From Pyrinomonadaceae bacterium (GTDB lineage: Bacteria; Acidobacteriota; Blastocatellia; Pyrinomonadales; Pyrinomonadaceae), in contig DASXTE010000018.1 of NCBI GenBank assembly GCA_036505595.1, forward strand, positions 6,915 through 70,914: a stretch of DNA of 64,000 nucleotides, given 5' to 3'. Both the position numbers and the translations under genes were made by a program. Shown here piece after piece: positions 9,187 through 19,495 of the stretch (position 1 is its first letter; every line of letters starts with the position of its first letter). The notes beneath the pieces are model-generated. The model made no database searches. It worked only from the letters and a program-made list of their open reading frames with translations, and was not told the DNA's origin.

Positions 9187-11160
9187 TTAGGCAATCGCGA
9201 CTTCTTCGTGATCTTCCACAAGGTGCGGCGTGACAATAGCCGGCATCGCGGACTCATCTTCGGCGAGAATCTGATTTACGATCGGCAGACTCAACGAATG
9301 CTTCTTCGAAATGTTCGGAACGTTGTGCCCGGCGGCGTAGACCGGATGGCGTTCGTGTTCCTTGTACCACTCGGAAAGATTCGCCGTCTTGTGCATGTTC
9401 TCGATGATTTGCCGCCAGCCGACGCCGGTGTTGTAAGCACAGAATGAAATCTCGCCTTCCTGGGTGCCGTACGGAATCACACACATCTCTGTGCGCCGGA
9501 AGTCGTAGTTGAAGAGATCCTGAAACCACATGCCTTCAACGCAGAGTACCCGCCAATTATCGGCGAGGCTGTCCTGCCCGGCGCTGGTCATTCGGTCGTT
9601 GCGATCCGAATTCGAGTTGGTTGACGACGGCTTGAACAGATTAATGATTTGCGAGATGGGAAATCCTTCCGGCGCTTTGCTGGCGTCGAAGTTCCGCATG
9701 ATCGCCATGCCGAGTTGGGCATACGAAAGTTTTTTCCCGCGCGCCGTGTCGGTGATTACCGCGACGTCTTTCATGAATTGTTCGTAGTTGAAGAACTCGA
9801 ACAGTGAACGGAAATCGCCTGTCTTTTTGTTGACCACGGCCAGTGTGAAGATGCCGCAGTTCGGATGGCAATTGCACGACGACCATCCCCACGGCGCGTC
9901 CGCGCCTTGCAGCATGTCCATCACGCTGGTGAAGGCTGAGTAAGACGACAGCGGGAACCAATCGCGCAAAGGCTGCATGCGTCCGCCGAGTTGATCTTTC
10001 AAATCGTGCGTCATGCCCGAGAGTGTGTAGCGCCACTTCGTGCGCATCTCGTCAGAAATATCTTCGTCGCGGCCCGTGAAAGAAACGGGTTGGAAAGCAA
10101 TCGTCTGAACTTTGTCGATGTTCTTCGCGGCGAATTCGACAATCTGCCCAATCGCATCGTTGTTAATGCTGTTGACGATCGTGACGACGAGCGTAACTTT
10201 GATGCCGACCTTCGCGAGATTCTCAATCGCGCGAACTTTCACATCGAACAGGTTGCCGACGCCACGATGTTTGTTCTTCTCTTCCCCGACGCCGTCAAAT
10301 TGCAAGTAAACGCCGTGTTGGCCGGCAGCTTTCGCGGCTTTGCAGAACTCGATGTCTTCCGCGAACCGGATTCCATTGGTCGCCGCGAGAATGCGATAGA
10401 AACCAATCTTCTTGGCGTAAGCGACCGCGTCGAGATAGTAAGGCGAAAGCGTCGGCTCTCCGCCCGAGAAAAGAATGATGACTTGCCGGCGCGGTTTGAA
10501 TGATACCGCGCGATCAAGAATCGCTTTCGTGTCTTCGAATGTCGGCTCGTGGACGTAGCCAACCTGGTTCGCGTCCATGAAGCACGGGTCGCACATCATG
10601 TTGCAGCGGTTGGTGAGATCGACCGTCAACACAGCTCCACGGCCAAACTTAATGTTCGACGTTCCATGCTTGTGAACGTTGGCATCTTCCGCCGCGCGAA
10701 AGTCGCGACCAAAGAAAAGCGATTCGATTCTTTCAAGGAAAGCGGGATCGGTGGCCATCACGTCTACGAACTCGCCGTGCTTCGGGCAAGTCTTACGCAT
10801 GACGACCCGGCCATTCTCTTCAACAATCTGTGCTTTGATTTCGCCCGGATGCTGATGCATCAGAGTTTCCAGAGGGGTCTCGCCCGAAATCACGGCGGTG
10901 CGAACTTCCTTAACGCAGCGCGGGCAAAGCGAATCAGTTTCTCTTGGGAAACCCAGCGGCGGCGCCGTCCGTTCGTACGACTTCAACAACGGGCCAGGCG
11001 CCCACTTCGGACGAATGGCTTCGCCTTCGGGCAGGAGTTTGTTAACGGATTGAAAGGCCTTCCAGGCGACATCGGAAAGCGTCGAGACGACTTTTGAGCC
11101 GGTGACACCGCTCAATTTGTTTTTGTCTGCCTCGCCCCGGCGGAATTGATCACTAAACAA
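9187..11160 (-). CDS. large radical SAM protein with N-terminal Cys knuckle (Tes/GDGT-MAS-like layout)
   Basis: 657 aa. TTG start 8 nt after GAGGAGA. CPRC...CPKHGEF knuckle. Radical SAM motif LTNRCNMMCDPCF. Cys-rich C-terminal domain (SSCNCHPNCG, ISFCAYN). Confidence 0.8.
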   Translation of the reverse strand: MFSDQFRRGEADKNKLSGVTGSKVVSTLSDVAWKAFQSVNKLLPEGEAIRPKWAPGPLLKSYERTAPPLGFPRETDSLCPRCVKEVRTAVISGETPLETLMHQHPGEIKAQIVEENGRVVMRKTCPKHGEFVDVMATDPAFLERIESLFFGRDFRAAEDANVHKHGTSNIKFGRGAVLTVDLTNRCNMMCDPCFMDANQVGYVHEPTFEDTKAILDRAVSFKPRRQVIILFSGGEPTLSPYYLDAVAYAKKIGFYRILAATNGIRFAEDIEFCKAAKAAGQHGVYLQFDGVGEEKNKHRGVGNLFDVKVRAIENLAKVGIKVTLVVTIVNSINNDAIGQIVEFAAKNIDKVQTIAFQPVSFTGRDEDISDEMRTKWRYTLSGMTHDLKDQLGGRMQPLRDWFPLSSYSAFTSVMDMLQGADAPWGWSSCNCHPNCGIFTLAVVNKKTGDFRSLFEFFNYEQFMKDVAVITDTARGKKLSYAQLGMAIMRNFDASKAPEGFPISQIINLFKPSSTNSNSDRNDRMTSAGQDSLADNWRVLCVEGMWFQDLFNYDFRRTEMCVIPYGTQEGEISFCAYNTGVGWRQIIENMHKTANLSEWYKEHERHPVYAAGHNVPNISKKHSLSLPIVNQILAEDESAMPAIVTPHLVEDHEEVAIA

Positions 11161-11428
11161 TGAAAGCTTCTCCTCGCAAATGCTCAGACACAGTTAGACG
11201 TGTCTGGGGTATTTAGAGCCTAAGAAATCACAATTACTCGCCGCAAATTCAGACAATTAGCATTCGGCGACAGCCCTCATGATAGTTGGCCGCGCCGATC
11301 AAGGCAAGACAAAAGCTGTTTGAGTGCGCGCTGATAACGAAATGTCCCTGTTTTGAGAAGATTTACGCGAATCGCCGTTAGCAAATCACCATTGCCCGTT
11401 GTACTATCGGCCTCCTCTTTCACAAGAG

Positions 11429-12481
11429 ATGAGCGGCAACAGCAAGACAGTTTCCGAGCTAGCCGAGCGCGTTAAAGGCCGCGTCCTGGGTGATTGTGAC
11501 GTCGCGATTGAGCGCGTTGCCAGCCTCGATTCGGCGGGCGAGGGCGACATCACCTACGTCGAAGATGAAAAATTCTACGAAGCCGCTGCGAACACCAACG
11601 CGTCTTGTGTGATCGTTCCAGAAAACGCGACGCTGGAACTTCGTTGTCAGATCCAGGTTAGGAAGCCAAAGCTCGCGTTTGCCTTAGTCGCTGAGATTCT
11701 CCACCCACAAAAACGCCACGAACCGTCTATCCATTCAACGGCAGTCATCGCCGACGCCGCTGATGTGGCGCTGACGGCGTTTGTCGGGCCGCACGTGACG
11801 ATCGGCGAGATGAGCACTGTTGGAGCAGGGACGCAAATCCTTTCCGGCGCGAGCATCGGCGACAGCGTCACGATCGGAAGCGACTGTGTTATCCACCCCA
11901 ACGTCGTCATCTACGACAACGTAACCATTGGCGACCGTGTGATTTTGCACGCCGGCGTGGTGATTGGCGCCGATGGCTTCGGCTACGTGCGCGACGAGCA
12001 AAGCCATCACAAGTTCCCGCAAATCGGCACGATCGTCATCGAAGATGACGTTGAACTAGGCGCAAATACATGCGTCGATCGCGCGGCGCTCGGCCGCACG
12101 CGAATTGGGCGAGGGACGAAGCTCGACAACCTGGTTCACGTCGGCCACAACTGCGACATCGGCGAGCGTGTAGTCATCGCGGCGCAAACCGGCATCAGCG
12201 GCAGCGTCACCATCGAAGACGATTGCGTCATCGGCGGCCAGGTTGGCTTCGGCGATCACATACGAGTGCAAAGCGGCGCCGTCATCGGATCCAAGGCTGG
12301 CGTGCTCCCCGGCAAGATCGTCCGGCCGGGTGTTTGGTGGGGGATTCCAATTCAGCCGCTCGATGAATACAAACGCCTCAACGCGCACGTCAGTCGCCTG
12401 CCGCACATGCGCGAAGAGTTGAAGGAAATGCAGGAGCGGCTTAAGAAGTTAGAGGAATGGGCGGATAATCGCGAAGTATAG
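11429..12481 (+). CDS. lpxD: UDP-3-O-acylglucosamine N-acyltransferase
   Basis: Left-handed beta-helix hexapeptide repeats throughout, an LpxD-type N-terminal domain and a C-terminal coiled helix. ATG 11429 is preferred over TTG 11399. Confidence 0.85.
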   Translation: MSGNSKTVSELAERVKGRVLGDCDVAIERVASLDSAGEGDITYVEDEKFYEAAANTNASCVIVPENATLELRCQIQVRKPKLAFALVAEILHPQKRHEPSIHSTAVIADAADVALTAFVGPHVTIGEMSTVGAGTQILSGASIGDSVTIGSDCVIHPNVVIYDNVTIGDRVILHAGVVIGADGFGYVRDEQSHHKFPQIGTIVIEDDVELGANTCVDRAALGRTRIGRGTKLDNLVHVGHNCDIGERVVIAAQTGISGSVTIEDDCVIGGQVGFGDHIRVQSGAVIGSKAGVLPGKIVRPGVWWGIPIQPLDEYKRLNAHVSRLPHMREELKEMQERLKKLEEWADNREV

Positions 12482-12581
12482 TCACAGGGAAAAAAGTCGT
12501 TGACAACCACCCGACTGGTGCGCGAATCTGAATTAGCAAACTTCGCTCTCCCGCGAAGTTATTTCCCCTCGGATTTCCATC

Positions 12582-13853
12582 ATGAAAAAGCCTTCGATCT
12601 CGGTTCTCGTTACGCTCGTCCTCTTTTCTGTTAGCGCCGTATTGGCGCGAGCGGCTCAAGATACGGACCCCATTACGCGGCCGCGGACAGTTGGCGTTGC
12701 GAAAAAAGAAACCGCAAAGGCGTCGTTCAAGACGCAGGACGCGCCGGCGCGCAAACTCGAGCCCGAGAAAAAGACCGGCCCACAGCAACCTCCGGTCGTG
12801 CGCGATAACTCTTCCGGCCGTTTGTCACCCAATCGCATTCAGGCACGAATCGACGAAGCCAAACGAATGTTGAAGAGCCGACCGCATCCGACCGCGATGA
12901 TGACGCCGGCGCTTGACTACGTCACTTTGGCCGCGATGCTACCGGACAATTCACATATTCATCTGGTGCGGATCTCGAAAGAAGCCTTTCTGACGAAAGG
13001 ATCTGAAACATCGACTGTTTCGTCGCTCGGTCTGCCGGTAACGGTTCGCGTCGTACGCGCGAATGGCGTCAACACTGCCGTCACAATTTTCGACGACAAG
13101 AACCGGTGGCTGATGCCGCTGGTGGTGGAGTATCCAATTGAGAGGCGCGGTGTGTTTCGTGAAATGGCTTACTACACGTCGGCGCATCCGTCGTTGTTGA
13201 GCAACGATTTAACGAAGGCCGGACAGCTTTACGTGAACTCCATGGTCGATTTGGCGGCAAAGCGTTTGAAGGACAAGGGATTCTCGGTGACGCCGAATCT
13301 GATCGCCATCGCGAAACGTCTTTGCATCGTCGAGCACGTCGACCACGACCGCTTCCGCAATGAAAACCGCATCGCGCTGTTTGATGAGATTTATTCGCTG
13401 TACGCTCTGAATGAACTCGAAACTTATCGATATTCCGTCAGCTCCGCGGGCGCAGGCGGCATGGTGCAGATGATTCCGTGGACTTACAACCTGATGCGCC
13501 AGCGTCACCCGGGCATCGGACTGAATCCTGATTTCGTGCTCGGCATGCGCAATCATGGCAATGCGCTGGAAGCAATGCTGCTTTACATGCAGGACACCTG
13601 GAACGATTTGGTTGCCGATGATGATGTTCAAGCCGCGCTCAGCGCGAAGCAAATCACCCCGATGGAGTTGATGGCCGCGGGCTACAACTCGAACGCTGCG
13701 AAGATTCCCGGCTACATCCGTCGTGCCGGCTCGGGTTGGCGTACATTGATTCCGCGCGAGACGCAAATCTATTTGCAGATTTATCAATCACTGGACGTGC
13801 TTTCGAAAGCGAAAGACAACCACGCCCGCAAAGTACAAAACCGCGGGCGATAG
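12582..13853 (+). CDS. secreted hypothetical protein, possibly with a lytic transglycosylase-like domain
   Basis: 423 aa. Signal peptide MKKPSISVLVTLVLFSVSAVLARAAQD. GAGGMVQMIP resembles the SLT G-L-M-Q motif, but the resemblance is weak. Confidence 0.5.
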   Translation: MKKPSISVLVTLVLFSVSAVLARAAQDTDPITRPRTVGVAKKETAKASFKTQDAPARKLEPEKKTGPQQPPVVRDNSSGRLSPNRIQARIDEAKRMLKSRPHPTAMMTPALDYVTLAAMLPDNSHIHLVRISKEAFLTKGSETSTVSSLGLPVTVRVVRANGVNTAVTIFDDKNRWLMPLVVEYPIERRGVFREMAYYTSAHPSLLSNDLTKAGQLYVNSMVDLAAKRLKDKGFSVTPNLIAIAKRLCIVEHVDHDRFRNENRIALFDEIYSLYALNELETYRYSVSSAGAGGMVQMIPWTYNLMRQRHPGIGLNPDFVLGMRNHGNALEAMLLYMQDTWNDLVADDDVQAALSAKQITPMELMAAGYNSNAAKIPGYIRRAGSGWRTLIPRETQIYLQIYQSLDVLSKAKDNHARKVQNRGR

Positions 13854-13988
13854 CGAACGCATCACAGAGCACCCATAAGTTAACGCCTGGCATTCGCCGG
13901 GCGTTTTGCTTTTGCGCTTTCGCAAACTTTCAACTATCTTGGCGTTCACCCTGGACAATCCATCCGACCAAGGAGCGAAAAGCCGAAC

Positions 13989-15173
13989 ATGACGCGCACT
14001 CTTCTCAGACTGATCGCGGTGGTACTGTCGATTGTCGCTGTATTCGTAGTTTCAAACCGCCGCACAGATGCGAGACTTGGCAAAAACTTCATCGACGCGC
14101 CGCCGCAGGAAAAAACGGTTGAGCAGACGCGCAAAAACATTAAAGTCCTGAACGGCTTGCCGGACTCGCAGTTGATTCCGGTGATGAATTTTATCTCCGC
14201 GTCGATGGGCCGCCGCTGCAATTTCTGTCACGTGAACAATCAGGGGCAATGGGACTACCCGTCTGACGCGAAGCCTGAGAAGAACACTGCGCGTGAAATG
14301 GTCAAGATGGTGATGGAGGTCAACAAAACCACGGGACGACTGAATTTGGACACAGTGTCTTGCTACACGTGCCATCGCGGCCGGACCTCTCCACAGTCGC
14401 TGCCGGCGTTGCCTTTGCCGCTACCGTCGCCGCCGCCGAATGCGGGCGGTGGAGCGGCTGGGGCGCCGAGCGCGCAAGCATCGCCCAGTCCAACTCCGCC
14501 GCTGCCTTCAGCCGACGACATTTTCAACAAATACGCGGCCGCGATTGGCGGCCAGTCGGCGATCGATAAACTCAAGACGCGCACAGCGAAAGGCACAATC
14601 GTCCAGGCGAACGGCAACTCGTTTCCGTTCGAACTCTATCAATCGGGACCCGATAAGTTTTATCTGATGGTGACGACGCCGCAGGGTCCGTTCGAGCGCG
14701 GATTCAACGGCCAAGTCGGTTGGGAGAAGACGGCGCGCGGCTTGCGGGAAATCACGGGCAGCGAATTAGCGGGTTACAAAGCCGCGAACGCTCTGTTTAG
14801 TTTTATCAACCTGAAGCAGCAGTACGCGAGCCCGCCGCGAGTTCGTCGAGACAAATTGAACGATCACGATGTGTACGTTCTCGAGGGAACGACTACCGAT
14901 GGCCGGCGAATGAGATTGTATTTCGATGCGGCGACTGGATTGCTGCTGCGTCGCACAACGATCTTGTCGACGGTAATCGGCCTGATTCCGGATCAAGTTG
15001 AGTTTGAAGATTATCGTGACGTTGACGGCGTGAAGTTCGCATTCACGGGCCGCTCCGCGACCGTTGAACCGGGTAATCCAAGCTCGACGCGAACATTTAC
15101 GGACGTGAAATTGAACGTGCCGGTCGACGAATCGAAGTTCAACATGCCACCTGCCACGCCGCCTAATCCGTAG
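13989..15173 (+). CDS. c-type cytochrome domain protein (reaction-centre cytochrome c-like N-terminal domain)
   Basis: 394 aa. N-terminal TM/signal segment and two CxxCH haem motifs (CNFCH, CYTCH), followed by a Pro/Ala linker and a beta-rich domain. Confidence 0.7.
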   Translation: MTRTLLRLIAVVLSIVAVFVVSNRRTDARLGKNFIDAPPQEKTVEQTRKNIKVLNGLPDSQLIPVMNFISASMGRRCNFCHVNNQGQWDYPSDAKPEKNTAREMVKMVMEVNKTTGRLNLDTVSCYTCHRGRTSPQSLPALPLPLPSPPPNAGGGAAGAPSAQASPSPTPPLPSADDIFNKYAAAIGGQSAIDKLKTRTAKGTIVQANGNSFPFELYQSGPDKFYLMVTTPQGPFERGFNGQVGWEKTARGLREITGSELAGYKAANALFSFINLKQQYASPPRVRRDKLNDHDVYVLEGTTTDGRRMRLYFDAATGLLLRRTTILSTVIGLIPDQVEFEDYRDVDGVKFAFTGRSATVEPGNPSSTRTFTDVKLNVPVDESKFNMPPATPPNP

Positions 15174-15183
15174 AGAAACAGCG

Positions 15184-15828
15184 ATGACACCCGATGAACC
15201 AATCCAATCAGTGCCGCCCCGCGTTAGCATTCTGGCGCGCATCATTCCCGTGCTGTCGTACTTGCTCCCGGCACTGGGCGCGGCGATTAGCGGACTATCA
15301 TTAATAAACGTGCTGCGAGCAATGCGAAACGCCGAGAGCGCCGGCATTGCGGCCGTTGCTGCGGGCATAAGCGAGGCAAACGTAGCCGTGGTGGTAAGTC
15401 TCTACCTGGCAATCATCGTCGGATTTGTCGGTGTGGTGATTGGATTAGTGCGGATGTTCACCTCAGTCACAACAGCCTCACCGTCAGGTTGGTACTTCTT
15501 AATTACCGGTTTCCTCGGATTGCTGCCGATGCTGTCGCTGTGGCGAGCCCAGTCAATATTGCTCGAAGTGCTGTTTTCGCGTTCCGTGGGAATGGTCGAG
15601 GTTGCCGGTCAAATCACTTTGTTTTCAATGGTCGCCCTGTGCCTGGGCGTCGTGCTTATCCCGATTCTGCTGGCCAGCGCCTTCGTGCCTTTGCCGTCGA
15701 TTCTGCGCGCGAAAAGAAAGTGGGCGCCGACAATTGCGTTGCTGGTGATGGAGACAGCGATCGTCGCCATGACCGCGTTGTATCACCTGCGAACGGCGTG
15801 GGTTTACAGTCAATTTCGAAAGTACTGA
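15184..15828 (+). CDS. hypothetical integral membrane protein
   Basis: 214 aa with about 5 hydrophobic segments. No family recognised. Confidence 0.5.
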   Translation: MTPDEPIQSVPPRVSILARIIPVLSYLLPALGAAISGLSLINVLRAMRNAESAGIAAVAAGISEANVAVVVSLYLAIIVGFVGVVIGLVRMFTSVTTASPSGWYFLITGFLGLLPMLSLWRAQSILLEVLFSRSVGMVEVAGQITLFSMVALCLGVVLIPILLASAFVPLPSILRAKRKWAPTIALLVMETAIVAMTALYHLRTAWVYSQFRKY

Positions 15829-15842
15829 GTTCGCGAAGTTAA

Positions 15843-16781
15843 TCAGGAGTCGCGCGCTAACAGTGCCGCGCCGATTGCCACTGCATCGGCGCCCAGTCCG
15901 CCGGCAACGATCTTCGTTGATTCGAAGCACGGCTGGAAAGATCTCTTCTTTGCTTCTTCAAGAATTGAATTCAGAATTAAGTCACCGGCGTCCATTACTG
16001 TGCCGCCCAAAACGATCCGCTCCGGACTCAACAAATTGATGATGCCAGCGACGGCTGTGCCAATGTATTTTCCTGACCGCTCGATCATCATGATTGAGAA
16101 GTCATCGCCGTTCGTCGCTTCGTGCGCAAGATCGGCGGCGGTGAAGTCTTCCGTCGCGGCCAGTCGCGAAAGCGAAGAAGTCGAATCGCGATTCAGTCGC
16201 TCGCGCGCGCGGCGCACAATGTTGGGCGCTGAGGCCACAGTCTCGAGACAGCCAATGTTGCCGCACTCGCACTGAATTCCATCCGGATTGATGGTGGTGT
16301 GCCCAACTTCACCAGCACATCCAGACGCTCCAGTCCAGAGTTTTCCTTGCAAAATAAACGCGCCGCCGACGTTGTCGCCAATGTGAATGTAGAAGAAATC
16401 CTGAGCGTCGCGAGCGGCACCGATTTTGTATTCTCCGTAGGCGGCGGCATTTGCATCGTTCTCGAGTTCCAGACGTGAACCGGTCGCCTTCATTAACTCG
16501 GCATGAAGATCGGCGCGCACAAAAGATGGCAAACCGGTCGAGACGAGGACTCGATCCGTTTCGCGATTAACGAGTCCGGGAATTGCCAAACCTACGCTTT
16601 GAATTTCGCCCGCCTCGCGCAAGCTCGACACGAGCGCCGCGAGGTCGTTGGTGAAGTTATCCGGCTGGTAAGCGGCGTCGGTTCGCGCGACGACTTCGCT
16701 ATCAGCCGACACGACGGCGGCGCGCATTGAGCTTTGCGTCACCTCAATTCCAGCAAAAAATTTGTTAGGGGACGCAGGCAT
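15843..16781 (-). CDS. ROK family sugar kinase/regulator (glucokinase-like)
   Basis: 312 aa. ROK signature GCAGEVGHTTINPDGIQCECGNIGCLETVAS. Confidence 0.85.
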   Translation of the reverse strand: MPASPNKFFAGIEVTQSSMRAAVVSADSEVVARTDAAYQPDNFTNDLAALVSSLREAGEIQSVGLAIPGLVNRETDRVLVSTGLPSFVRADLHAELMKATGSRLELENDANAAAYGEYKIGAARDAQDFFYIHIGDNVGGAFILQGKLWTGASGCAGEVGHTTINPDGIQCECGNIGCLETVASAPNIVRRARERLNRDSTSSLSRLAATEDFTAADLAHEATNGDDFSIMMIERSGKYIGTAVAGIINLLSPERIVLGGTVMDAGDLILNSILEEAKKRSFQPCFESTKIVAGGLGADAVAIGAALLARDS

Positions 16782-16901
16782 GGACAGACGCCTCTCGCAT
16801 CAATTCGATTTGCGGGCAGGGATTTCGCGGCGATCTTAAGCGAGCGTTAGGGGACTGTCAAACTGCGTCTGGTGCGTGTAGAATTGCCCGCGAAATCAAA
16901 G

Positions 16902-17411
16902 ATGTCGGAAGCAAGTCAAAGCACTTCTGAGTTTCCCCGGCTACAGAAGATTCTGCTACCAACCGATTTCAGCGGCTGTGCCAACTTTGCGCTGCCATAC
17001 GCGGCTTCGATCGCACGCGCCACCGGAGCGACGATAATTTGCGTGCATGTGGTAGAGCCGGTCGTGCCTGCGGTTGGCTATACCGGTCTGGCCGAGCCGA
17101 TGCCGATCGCGGACATCAGCGATCAGTTGGAAGATTCTGCTGAACGACAACTGCCGAAGCTTGCCGAGTGTGACGAGTGCTCAGGCCTCGCCATGGAAGA
17201 AGTAATCGTGCATGGCGATGCCGCCGCTGAAATTGTGCGGGTCGCGGCTGAACGCCAGGTAGACTTGATTGTTATCTCATCTCACGGTCGTACCGGACTG
17301 GGTCGAATGATTTTCGGCTCGACCGCCGAAGCCGTCGTGCGACATGCCATTTGCCCCGTGCTCGTCGTAAAACCCCCACATGAGGAGGAAACTGAAGATA
17401 GTGAGCAGTGA
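16902..17411 (+). CDS. universal stress protein
   Basis: UspA fold motifs: ILLPTDFS at the N-terminus and VDLIVISSHGRTGLGRMIFGSTAEAVVRHAICPVLVV. Confidence 0.85.
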   Translation: MSEASQSTSEFPRLQKILLPTDFSGCANFALPYAASIARATGATIICVHVVEPVVPAVGYTGLAEPMPIADISDQLEDSAERQLPKLAECDECSGLAMEEVIVHGDAAAEIVRVAAERQVDLIVISSHGRTGLGRMIFGSTAEAVVRHAICPVLVVKPPHEEETEDSEQ

Positions 17412-17518
17412 GCAGCGGGCGGTGAGCAGTCAGAGTGGTTCGCCGTCTCTGTTTGGCTAATTTAGCGACTGTTCTTTCGTCTTTACTGCTCACTACTCAC
17501 TGCCCACTGCTCACTGAC
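17401..17518. repeat. heptad-word hairpin (word GTGAGCA / TGCTCAC)
   Basis: Left arm 17401-17433 reads GTGAGCA GTGAGCA GCGGGCG GTGAGCA GTCAG and contains the usp stop codon. Right arm 17487-17518 reads CTGCTCAC TACTCAC TGCCCAC TGCTCAC TGAC and ends 1 nt before the dedA ATG. The loop is about 50 nt. Confidence 0.8.
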
Positions 17519-18265
17519 ATGAACAGCCTTCAGTTTCTGTCTCACGTTCTCGAAGCATACGGACTTTACGGCGTCTTTTTTCTCGTTCTGATTGAAGGCG
17601 ACATTACACTGCTGCTTGCCGGCGTGCTGGCGCACAGCGCTTTTTTTGGAGACTACAGTTTTGCACGCCTTCTCATCTGGGGAACGCTGGGCGGCGTTGC
17701 TGCCGATAATCTCGCCTATGCGGGCGGGCGCGGGTTCGCGCAGACGGTCCGAAACGCGCGTTTCTATCGCCGGGCGAGACCGCGCGTTGAGCGCCTGACC
17801 GATCGTTTCGGCACACTCTCGATTTTCCTCACGAAATATATTTGGGGGTTGCGTTGGGCGTCTTGCATTTTTTACGGCGCCAGCCAGATGGCCTACCTGC
17901 GTTTTCTGGTCCTTTCAACCGCGAGTTGCTTTGTCTGGGTCTTTGTTCTGAGTGGTATCGGCTATTTCTTCAGCAGCGCCGTGGGAGGCTTGATCGTTGA
18001 TTTCCGTCGCGTCAGCAAGATTCTGCTGGTGGTCGTGATCGTCATAGTCGCCGCCGTTTATTTGCAAAAGCGGCTGCGCCTCTCTAAGAAAGTCGAAGCG
18101 GTTATGCCGGAGCGTCTTCAGGAAATTGAACAAGTCGCGATCGAAGGCCTGAAAGAAATCAAAGAAGAGTTCAAAGAAACGATTCACTTGAAGACAACTG
18201 ACCGGGGACGTGATGTCGATTCTACGGAACGGATACGCCCAGGCACTACGACTGACGAAAAATGA
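17519..18265 (+). CDS. DedA family membrane protein
   Basis: N-terminus MNSLQFLSHVLEAYGLYGVFFLVLIEGDITLLLAGVLA matches the DedA/SNARE-associated signature. The upstream part of the track ORF is a translated hairpin arm. Confidence 0.8.
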   Translation: MNSLQFLSHVLEAYGLYGVFFLVLIEGDITLLLAGVLAHSAFFGDYSFARLLIWGTLGGVAADNLAYAGGRGFAQTVRNARFYRRARPRVERLTDRFGTLSIFLTKYIWGLRWASCIFYGASQMAYLRFLVLSTASCFVWVFVLSGIGYFFSSAVGGLIVDFRRVSKILLVVVIVIVAAVYLQKRLRLSKKVEAVMPERLQEIEQVAIEGLKEIKEEFKETIHLKTTDRGRDVDSTERIRPGTTTDEK

Positions 18266-19269
18266 TTATCGAATCATCCGCACCCACGCGCGTGGATCTT
18301 GCCGGAGGCACGATTGACCTCTGGCCGATCTACCTGTTTCATCCCGGCGCAACGACAGTTAACTTCGCGCTGTCGCTGCGCGCGTCTGTGCGGATTGAAA
18401 CACGTAGTGATCGTCGAATCGTGCTCGAGTCGCAGGATCGTGGCGTCGCTTTCGAAACCTCACTTGACCGCATCGACGAGCTGGCGAGCGACAAAGAGCT
18501 CGAACTCGTTTCGAAGATGGTCCACTTTTTCCGACCCACCCAAGGCTTCCGCTTAGTTGCGAACAGCGAAGCGCCGGCGGGCGCAGGCATTTCCGGTTCG
18601 TCAGCGTTGGCGATTGCGCTGATTGGCGCGCTCAATCGCTTTGTCGGCAATCGTTATGACGAGCGGAAGTTCATCACGATCGCTGCAAACATTGAAACTA
18701 CCGTCATCAAAGTGCCGGCGGGCTTTCAAGATTACTACCCGGCGTTTTACGGCGCCGTTTCGTCCATTCACTTTCGGCCGGACGGCATCGAGCGTGAGCA
18801 TTTGCAAGTTAATCCCGAAGAAATCGAACGCCGCTTTGTGATTTGCTACACCGGCGAGCCGCGCAATTCAGGAATCAATAACTGGGAGGTTTTCAAACGT
18901 CATATCGACGGTGACGCGGAAGTCTTCGAGATCTTCGAACAAATTCGTGACGCGGCAAAGCGGATGCGCGCGGCGCTTTTGGCAAACGACTGGACTGAAG
19001 TCGCCACCACGATGCGCGACGCATATCCGCATCGAAAGCGCCTGGCGCCGGGCATTACGACGCCGCAGATGGACGCCCTCGTGGAAAAGGCGTTGGCAAA
19101 TGGCGCAGAAGCCGCCAAAGTCTGCGGCGCCGGTGGCGGTGGCTGCATCGCGTTTCTCTGCACGCCTGGTCGCAAACAGGAATTGGAGAGCGCGTTGGCC
19201 GCAGAGAAAGGCGCGGAGGTTTTGAATTGGAAAGTTTCGCGTGAAGGATTGGTTGTGAACGAGAGCTAG
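18262..19269 (+). CDS. GHMP family sugar kinase
   Basis: 335 aa. GHMP motif PAGAGISGSSALAIALIGAL and C-terminal KVCGAGGGGC. The start overlaps the dedA stop (ATGA). Confidence 0.8.
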   Translation: MIIESSAPTRVDLAGGTIDLWPIYLFHPGATTVNFALSLRASVRIETRSDRRIVLESQDRGVAFETSLDRIDELASDKELELVSKMVHFFRPTQGFRLVANSEAPAGAGISGSSALAIALIGALNRFVGNRYDERKFITIAANIETTVIKVPAGFQDYYPAFYGAVSSIHFRPDGIEREHLQVNPEEIERRFVICYTGEPRNSGINNWEVFKRHIDGDAEVFEIFEQIRDAAKRMRAALLANDWTEVATTMRDAYPHRKRLAPGITTPQMDALVEKALANGAEAAKVCGAGGGGCIAFLCTPGRKQELESALAAEKGAEVLNWKVSREGLVVNES

Positions 19270-19282
19270 CGCGTTGTTGCTA

Positions 19283-19466
19283 ATGAACCGCAAAGCGGTT
19301 CGTGGCCTCCAGCCCAACGTTGCCGGGCAGCGGCTACGTTGGGAAAGAAAGAAGGAGGAGGTGAACTACCGCAAAGCGGTTGTGTCCGTCCCAGACTTTT
19401 TCTTTTTCCCACCGTAGCCGCTGCGCGACAACGGCGGGCTGGAGGTTTCAACCGCTTCGCGGTGGG
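19283..19466. repeat. large palindromic MITE-like element with CCGCAAAGCGG cores
   Basis: Left arm: gaaccgcaaagcggttcgtggcctccagccc..gcagcggctacgttgggaaag. Right arm: cccaccgtagccgctgc..gggctggaggtttcaaccgcttcgcggtg. The centre carries a third accgcaaagcggt. Confidence 0.75.
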
Positions 19467-19495
19467 AGAAAGCCAGAGCCCTTCTCAATCTTCGA

